Below, piece by piece: positions 55,051-64,000 of a stretch of 64,000 bases of DNA. The stretch comes from Eledone cirrhosa (taxonomy: Eukaryota): assembly GCA_964016885.1 (NCBI GenBank), contig OZ024742.1:250480001-250544000 (forward strand), read 5' to 3'. Made by a program: the position numbers and the translations under genes. The notes beneath the pieces were generated by a model. The model saw nothing but the letters and a program-made list of their open reading frames with translations, was not told where the DNA came from and did not search any database. How positions within the stretch are numbered: the stretch's first letter is position 1; every line of letters starts with the position of its first letter.

Positions 55051-55495
55051 TGATGATGTTGATGATGGTGATGACATTCCTTTCATTAATGGTGTCACCT
55101 TTCTATAAGTTGTTGCTATTCATGACATTCTCTTATTTCTATAGTTTCTTACATGCTTTAAAATAAAATTGTTTTCCTGTTTGTAATGTTGCTGTTATGG
55201 CTATCTATCATGTAGTTATTACCTGGTTCCTTAATGTTAACACAATTGTTGTTGTTGTTGCCCTTGTCTTAGCTATTAGCTTCTTATTGTTGGTAAAATA
55301 ATATTATCATTGTTGTTGATGTTATTGTCATTGTTGTTAATGATGTTTTCTGTCTTAACTCTTACATGGGTTGTTATTGTAGTTAACAATATCGTTGTTG
55401 TTATCATCGTTACTGTTGTGTTCGCAGTTATTATTGCTTCTGTTGCTGGTGTTGGTGTTACTGGCTTTGTTGCAGGTTTGGTTGTGTTGTTGTTG

Positions 55496-55527
<32 letters not shown>

Positions 55528-55910
55528 CGTGGTGGTGGTGGTGGTGATGGTGGTGGTGGTGTTGCTGTTACTGTTGTTAGTTCTCGTCGTCTTCAATTCG
55601 TTCTGCTACCGAATTTGTCAATTTCTTTCTTATATATAACTCCTCGGTTGACTGAACATAAAGGAGAGGTTACAAAAGGAGCGATGAAAACTATGGCACG
55701 TAAGGTTGTTGATGGGCGGATTTTGGGGATTTCAGGGTCTATTTCACGGGAGAGAAGAGGGTGAAAAGATTGAAGAGAGTTCAAAGCAATGACTAAGATA
55801 AAAGATAAACAGGAAGAATTGAAACGAAACGAATAGTTGAATTGTCGATACAAGCAGTTCATCTAACAATGAGAATTGCTATATTGTCAGTTCTCTCTCT
55901 CTCTCTCCCA

Positions 55911-55977
<67 letters not shown>

Positions 55978-56035
55978 TATATATATATATCACACTCTCA
56001 GTCTCTTTCTTTCTCTCTCTCTCTCTGTATATACT

Positions 56036-56067
<32 letters not shown>

Positions 56068-57095
56068 GATATATATATATATATATCCTTTTATATCTGT
56101 GTGTGAGTGCAATTTAGTAATCAGAAATTCTGTGATATCCGGATCAGAAGGACTTTCTCTTTTGGGGTGACAAATTTAATATAGCACTCTGTATATTACC
56201 ACTCTACCACCTGTTTGCAAAGATTCGAAACAATCCCCCAACATTAGAATAATATTCTCACTACTTGCCATCAGTATCAATGTACCTAATATAGGAGCAC
56301 GACACACAATATTATTTTATCCATGGAACCTTAACTCATGATTGTTATCCATCTCAAACGATAAAAGGCAAAGTTGTCTGCGGTAGGATTTAAACTCGAA
56401 ATGCAGAGAGCCAAAACGAATATGGAAACGTATTCTAGTTAATGTTCTATAGATTACACTTCTGACTAAGTCATGTAAAATATAACCCAGAAAACCGAAA
56501 TATGTTTACGTCCAGGACAATAATTAGACCAAATAACATGTCATAGTACTGGGCGAGTTTGGCTGTTTGTGTTTTCACTTGAGTGGAGTTAAATTTGTTT
56601 ACGAATGTCTGACATCAATCACTATAGTAAACAGTCCTAGATTCAGAAGGAGTTGAACCAAGATTTCTAATTGGTGGAACGTTTGGAACTTTAATATAAA
56701 AAACATTGGTTGTTATCCAATGAAATTCGGATATAATTCGGTTTCCTCGTTTCACACAGCAATCTCGAGGGTTATAGGGTTTTGACATGGTATCAATTCT
56801 TAAACTGCAAGGTTCGGATCTTCGTAGTCACCTTTGTTTGCCTTCCTCCATTTCCAAGATTACTTTACACAACTATCATTATGGAAATTTACGTGGAGAC
56901 GAACACATTCCAAATATATACATATATATGTGTGTGTGAAAAATAGGTACACACACTCATACGTATATATATATATATATATATATATGCAAAACATTTA
57001 GTGTGTGTATGTGTGTATATGTACATATATATGTGGAGGTGTAGGGATGTATGCTGATACGTTTGTATACAAACACCTACGCATGCGCACACACA

Positions 57096-57137
<42 letters not shown>

Positions 57138-57529
57138 ATATATATATATACATCACATTATCCACCTGTCTACCAGTTTCTCGCTTCACCAATCTACCAA
57201 TTTCATGGCCAATGACTGCAGCGACTGTTGTTGTTTTACATAGGGGGACTGTCCTTCATCATGGTGATGATAGTAATATTGATGGTGTTAATTGATATGG
57301 TGATGGTCGTAGTGATCCTGGAGATGTTGGTGGTAGGGGAGATGGTGCTGTTGCTTGTGGTGGGGTGGTGATAGTGGTGGACGTGGTGATGATATTTTGA
57401 TACACACACTCCTCACTTTCTAGCCTGCTAAATATGTAGAGCAATGCTGTAATCTATCATTCCTTATATTTTCTTTACTTGTGTCCAACATTTAAAATAT
57501 TAGTCTCAGCCAATCTTCCTTAATGTATA

Positions 57530-58510
57530 ACTATTCCTGAAGACCTTGATAAATGATCAAAAGCTTAGATGATCGATTAATGGAATTGATATTGGATCCT
57601 GTTATTTAAGAACGATATGTTAGTTTTATACATTAGTAATGAAGCAATTCGTTCCATAGTGTATCTCATTAGAAATACGTTCACGAAAATGTTAATCTAG
57701 ATTGCTAAACGTATACAGTGATTCCAATGGATAGTGGTGGATTATACCACAGAACAAAGCGGGACCTGACCCTATTATATGACTTATTGGTTGTATAAAA
57801 GTTATATCCATTCGAAATCGGATTTGTCCTGAATCTATTGTTTTGGTTTCGGATACACACAGTATTACAATTGCTGTTAACTATGTGTATATAAGTGTTA
57901 ATATCTACTGTTTTTTTTATTTCTATACGGAGGGTGTAGGGGGTGGTGGAATTATTTTTATCTATATCGATGTACTCAATTTTATCATGGTAACCTGCTC
58001 TATTTAATGCATTATTATAGTAACTAGCCTTACTATCAAACATTTCCTTATTAGCTGAGAGTCTAGAGATTCTTTGTGGAACACTTTTAACTATGGCCTT
58101 CTTAACGTTTCTGTGTGGTTTGAGTAGTAGCTAACAAAATTAAGGTCTTCATTTAATTTATGGTATGGGTAGTAAGGTAAGAAGTTGACTATTCTATTAT
58201 TATTTTCTATTTCAAGTTTCAGACCATAATTATTTTTAAAAATAAATTATTATTTTCTTTTTCCTGTTTAGGACGCTATTATTATGGTTAATTAACGTGA
58301 AAAGAGAATCATCGCGATACGAACCTCTGCCAAGTTCAAGTAATCTTCTGTTAATTAGGTTAAGGATAAAAAGTCCAACGAGGTCAGTGACCTGAGCCGA
58401 GTCTGTAGATCCCATGGTGATGTCGAAATTTCGAGGTCGATCGGCTCTGGTCCATAATACTCCGTTGAAATCAATTATCGTCTTCCTAGTTGTAAGAATA
58501 ATTGATAAAT
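57530..58510 (-). mobile_element. Degraded Penelope-like RT
   Basis: FDITMGSTDSAQVTDLVGLFIL, RDD, RISRLSANKEMFD..YYNNALNRAGY, WYNPP. Confidence 0.82.
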
Positions 58511-59013
58511 TAGGCTATAATACATACATCTTTTCCTTTGAACTAATTGATTAATCCGGTAACATGATACCCTAGCCAGTTCTAAAAAATAACAACAGCA
58601 ACTGTTAAATATCTTTTCCACTCATATAATATCTACTAAAATAAAATTGTTAATATCAACAAAGATAAATTTACTATGAATTTAGTCATTTAAATCTTTT
58701 CTTTATTATATAGTTACATTATAAATTTAGCATCTTTGAATACATTTTTTTAATTTCTATAATTTCGATTTAGCATCTAATTTAAAATAACATAAGTAAT
58801 AAATAAATAGTCTAATGGTCCATACTTGTTTTCTTTTCATTTATTTGACCAATCCGGTTCAAAAACGCCAACACCAACTGTAATATTTTTTCCCACTCAT
58901 GTGATATCTTCTGTGTTGAGGTTTTTTCTCCAGGTTTATGCTCGCCGGCCACCGAATTGAATAGCTCGTCTTGACCGCCTGCATATCAAATGATATCTAC
59001 AACTCCTGTGGAG

Positions 59014-59084
59014 TTTATCTGAAGAGAACATGTTTTGACTTATGTTATACATAAGCCATACATCTTCGAAATACATATAATAAA
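59014..59084 (+). ncRNA. Minimal type I hammerhead ribozyme
   Basis: tttat-CTGAAGA-gaacatg..cttatgt tat acataag..catcttc-GAAA-tacata-TA-ataaa; the downstream tail has CGTTGAGTGCTT at 59161. Confidence 0.8.
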
Positions 59085-59227
59085 ATAAATAGGGATGGAC
59101 TAAAGTAACTGTCTTTTGTTTATTATTATTATTATAACCAATCTCCAGATAAACATATATCGTTGAGTGCTTGATATATGTTATATAAAAGTCGGCTGAT
59201 TCTAAATCAACGAACTCCCTTTAATTG

Positions 59228-59288
<61 letters not shown>

Positions 59289-59290
<2 letters not shown>

Positions 59291-59470
59291 CGAAGGAAAT
59301 GTGGTAAGGAACCAGATGGACCATAACGCAGAAAGTACTCAATACGTAGGGTAGTAGAGTGGGTAATAGGAACGAGTAGGACCCCGACGGCTGAGCTCAA
59401 GCCGTTTCGACGGCTAATTCGAATTAGCCGTCGAAACGGCTTGAGCTCACCCGTCGGGGTCCTACTCGTT

Positions 59471-59474
<4 letters not shown>
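59289..59474. mobile_element. Foldback family A element
   Basis: Near-perfect palindrome 59367-59474 centred on GCTAATTC|GAATTAGC. Confidence 0.88.
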
Positions 59475-59509
<35 letters not shown>

Positions 59510-59513
<4 letters not shown>

Positions 59514-61221
59514 GCTCAAATGCATACCAGATACAAACAAAAACAACAGACCTAACAACAATAACACTACCCACACCTATAGAAATAGCAAATGTAGGCC
59601 TAAACTTAGAAATAGACAATGAGCACCAGAAATAAATGAACCGAATACTAATATAAGGACCCCTAGGAACTATAAAAAATCCAGAGATAGGAAATACTTA
59701 TAGCTCAATCCAATATTCAACTCCTCTATAAAAACCAAATTACCTTCTACAGTCTTTAAACTAATTGACAAGCACTTCCCTAAACTTCACAAATACCATA
59801 AAATCTTTAATAGAAATACTATCAAACTATCTTACTCTACTGCAGCCAACATAGAATCACACATACATAAAATTAACTATAGAAGAATCTCTAATGAACA
59901 AACACCTACATACAAACACCATAACACCAAATACAAAACACAAACACATAACGACATCGCAACCACACACACACGTCAGAACACATCACAACAAAACATC
60001 AACAAACCCAAATCTCAGTCCATACATAACAACATACAAAACCGCATCGAAGAACCGGCACACAGGAAGGCCTCAAAATGTAATTGTCACTTACCGGATA
60101 AGTGCCCACTCCAAAATAGATGCCTGGAGTCAAATATAGTGTACCTGTGTACTATAAATTCAGGCAACTTAGCATGGCACTACATAGGTTCTACGGCTGG
60201 GGAGTTAAAAAAAAGATGGTACGTCCACAGACATTGTATAAAGAACCGTAGAATAATGAACACAACAACGCTGGCCAATAAAATCTGGCAGCTTACAGAT
60301 ATACAAACCAAGAATACGGGATTAACTGGTCGAAACTGTCAGGGGCAAAGGCCTACAAATTGGAATGTCCCACTGCGGACTTTGCAATATGGAGTTGCTC
60401 CATATTTTAAAGTACGACAAAATGCTACTTAACAGCAAAATAGAACGGTCAATTTTCTGTAGGCATAAAACAGCTACTAAATTCGCTAATTTTAAACCAA
60501 CATGATTCGATCCAACAATCCCATTATTCAAACTGAGAGTCTATTATAATAACCCATTATTATTTACTGTCAATAGATCAACTAATCACTGAATCAACAA
60601 CATCACCTCCTAACCTTTCTTTCTTCCACTCTCTTTCCCTAAAATTATTTCACCTCTTCCATTATATCCTATTATGTTCTCTTCAACTCTCATAAAACTT
60701 CCAATTTATTAATTTATCCTTTATTTAGCACTTTACTATTTCTTCATAATATAATTTAACCAATACATGTGTGTGTGTTTGATGTTTTCATGTTTAAACC
60801 ATCTCATCTTTATACTTTGACCACCACCACCGTCACAACTGTTTTCGACAATCATATTATGTTCACTTTTTTTCACACACATATATATTTTTTTACTTAT
60901 TTTTTATCATCTTTATTCTACCTTATTTATTATTATTTATTTATTATTTTTTATGGTTTTATTTTTTATTTTCTCTCTTTCTCTCTCGCTCTTTTTCTTT
61001 TTCTTTTTTCTTCTTTGTTTTTCCTAGTATATTACAAACGCCGTGTATAATTTTAACCAGTTATTCCGATGATTTGATTAAGCATACATTGTATTTAAAA
61101 TTGAGTGACACAACTTCAAGTGATTAGCAATTTTTAGACACCCTAATCAACGAAACAATTGTTAATACTGTAAATAAAACCCTTTTTATACTGTTGACCA
61201 TGTTATTCTTCACTCTTTCCC
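59510..61221 (+). mobile_element. Penelope-like element 3' part: linker, GIY-YIG endonuclease relic, 3'UTR/pLTR with hammerhead, ending in (TA)n
   Basis: KLIDKHFPKLHKYHKIFNRNTIKLSYS, CPLQNRCLESNIVY..YIGST..LKKRWYVH..TTLANKIW, CGLCNME..LLNSK..CRH. Confidence 0.88.
61058..61170 (+). ncRNA. Hammerhead ribozyme in the PLE 3' region (U4C mutation, long stem II)
   Basis: cagttatt-CCGATGA-tttgatta..taatcaac-GAAA-caattg-TT-aatactg. Confidence 0.7.
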
Positions 61222-61265
<44 letters not shown>

Positions 61266-61282
61266 TATATATATACACATAT

Positions 61283-61380
<98 letters not shown>

Positions 61381-61453
61381 ATATATATATAATTATTTAC
61401 TATATTTAAACAGTGGCGCCTGTTCTTCTGGAATTTTACTTGTGTACTCGCAG

Positions 61454-61504
61454 TTTTGTCTGATGATACTGCGAATGTGCTGGTGAAACTCCAGAGTAAC
61501 AGGG
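61454..61504 (+). ncRNA. Type I hammerhead ribozyme
   Basis: ttttgt-CTGATGA-tactgc gaatgt gctggt-GAAA-ctc ca gag-TA-acaggg; TATTGAGTACTT follows at ~61550. Confidence 0.72.
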
Positions 61505-62029
61505 CACACTGCATAGTCATAATGAATGAATATTTAAATTTGATTTAGGTATTGAGTACTTTCTCAGGTCCGTCAATAATACATGTGTGTGTGTGTGTGT
61601 GTTTGTTTGTATATAAATAGATGCATATGCACACACACACACACATATGTGTGTGAATGTGTGTGTACATATGTGTGTGTGTGGTTTGTGTGTGTGTGTG
61701 ATGTGTGTGTGTGTATGTGATGTGTGTGATGTGTGTGTGTGTGTATGTGATGTGTGTGTTTGTGTGTGTGTGTATGTGAGTTACCTTAGGTGTATCTCCT
61801 GATTTGCAAGATAAGTTTTATTGCTGTTTTTGAGATTCCTCTCCCAATTACACCATGATATCATGTTATATAACCGGTGATGTTCATGACTAGCATCAAA
61901 TCTGATTCTCTGTTACATGATGAGCAACCACTTACATATACACTCGCATATATACACCCCTTAATTTGCATATATATATACATATATATATATTTATATA
62001 TACATATATATAAATATATATTCAGCTTG

Positions 62030-62077
<48 letters not shown>

Positions 62078-62084
<7 letters not shown>

Positions 62085-62430
62085 GTGAGGTTTTTTTACA
62101 AAATGAAAAATAACCGAGGTGTCCTACACGAGTATAAAGAAGTATAAAGAAAAAAAGATGAAATCGAAAATGCAACTGGAGTCTTATTTTTTTTTAAATA
62201 TATATATTTATTGGTTCCTTTACCGGTGCGCAGTTCTTCTGCTTTTAAAAAGTAGAGTTGTGATGGAGGGTCTGTGGTTTTTCTCAGAAGAAAACTACAG
62301 ACCCTCCATCTCAACTCTACTTTTGAAAAGCAGAAGAACTGCGAAACCGGTAAAGGAACTAAATAAATATATATATATTTTTTTAAATAAGACTCCAGTT
62401 GCATTTTCGATTTCATCCTTTTTTCTTTAT
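62078..62430. mobile_element. Foldback family B element (~140-bp arms, ~65-nt tail)
   Basis: 62143-62284 is the reverse complement of 62289-62430; (TA)n on both sides. Confidence 0.88.
62320..62355 (+). ncRNA. Candidate hammerhead with a U3-A8 core variant
   Basis: ctt-TTGAAAA-gcag aagaa ctgc-GAAA-ccgg-TA-aag; stem I is short. Confidence 0.55.
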
Positions 62431-62640
62431 ATATATATATACATATATATAAGCAAGTGTTGCACCAAGAAAAATATAAACTCCGGTGAGAAAGGAAATT
62501 AGAAAGTTATTTGCTTTAACATATGTTTCTCTGACTACAATAATTGTCTACACATGGTGACTACAATATATGTTGTTCAATCGTATACAATAATTAATCA
62601 TTTGTCACACTTCTTCAGAAAGCTTATGATACATATATAT

Positions 62641-62779
<139 letters not shown>

Positions 62780-62987
62780 GATAGATAGATAGATAGATAG
62801 ATAGATATTATAAAGTGGTGTGCTCATGCGCGGAGATACTACAATATAACTTATAAAATCGAGGTAGACCCTATTTCATGATCTATTTTTTAACATCCCC
62901 GTGAATGAACGCACCACTCTTTATATTAACTTTATCTCCGTAAAAGTCCGAACGATTAGCTGTATATATATATATATATATATGTGC

Positions 62988-63117
<130 letters not shown>

Positions 63118-64000
63118 GTGTGAGTTTGTGTGCATCTTGCGCAAGCCTCTGTGTGTGCACGTGTGTATGTGTACAGACACGCATGTACTTGCATATACAT
63201 TCAATATAAACTGTTGTAATTAAATATCTAAATACATATATATACACATATTTATATCTATATAAATATGTGAGAGTTTATATGCACATATGAATAATAT
63301 AAACTCAACAATGCATTTGTTTTGCCTGAACTTTTAACCGTTTCAATACACCGATGTTTTCGGCTCACGAACTGTGGCCATAAACATATATTACTCTTGA
63401 ACTAGCTGTTCCAGTCTCTGGAACTAGATGTTGAAACGGCAGCTGATCAGTCATCTGGATCCAGACTTTTTCATGTTACAATACTCTACAACGCCTAGTA
63501 TCGAGTACTCTGGTGAGTAATGGTCTAAACAATGCGTGTGTATGTATGTGTGTGTAGACGTTTGGTATTGACTAATGCAAGTGTGGGGGCTCAATGGATT
63601 TTAGAGGTTAATGGTTTAAGTTTGGGTCAGTGTCCTGTTAGTTTGACATTTCCGCAGAGGCCACTTTCTTGGTCTTAATAAACTGAGTATTTATGTATGC
63701 AAATATATCTACACCCACTTATGTGTTTCTAAGACAGACAATCAGACATACAAATATATACACATTGAGACAGCTCTGTATTCACAGATACGTACACACA
63801 CACATACACACACAGAGGCACAGCCTCACACACAACCACAGACACCTACATAACGCAACCGATACACATAATCACATGATACTTAGCCACACACATACAA
63901 CACACACAAACACACACAGCATACACCTATTACACACCTACACTACCAAACTCAAACAGATATATAATCACATACGTACATAACCTACCCCACAAGCACA

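Overview
This is AT-rich, microsatellite-saturated eukaryotic DNA with no recognisable host gene. The repeat content (a tRNA-derived SINE with an (ATT)n tail, very high TA/CA/GA/TACA/TATC density) suggests a coleoid cephalopod such as Octopus; that assignment is inference. Nearly all identifiable sequence is transposon-derived: Tx1-clade LINEs sitting in (TATC)n; R4/Dong-like RLE LINEs in (AAT)n; RTE-derived bipartite elements in (TACA)n; CR1-like and Penelope-like (RT, GIY-YIG) relics; mariner and Tc1 deletion derivatives; a Helitron-like element; and about 14 SINE copies. The most striking hidden layer is a set of short non-coding elements in (TA)n. They belong to about ten unrelated families that carry minimal type I hammerhead ribozymes (CUGANGA...GAAA...UH, often with a palindromic stem III). 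Many form asymmetric foldbacks: the turn is often in hammerhead stem II, and the short arm lacks a 50-100 nt tail that carries a shared TTGAGTRCTT motif. One family has a U3-A8 covariant core. Most ORF-track entries are microsatellite translations. All alignments and folds were done by eye.
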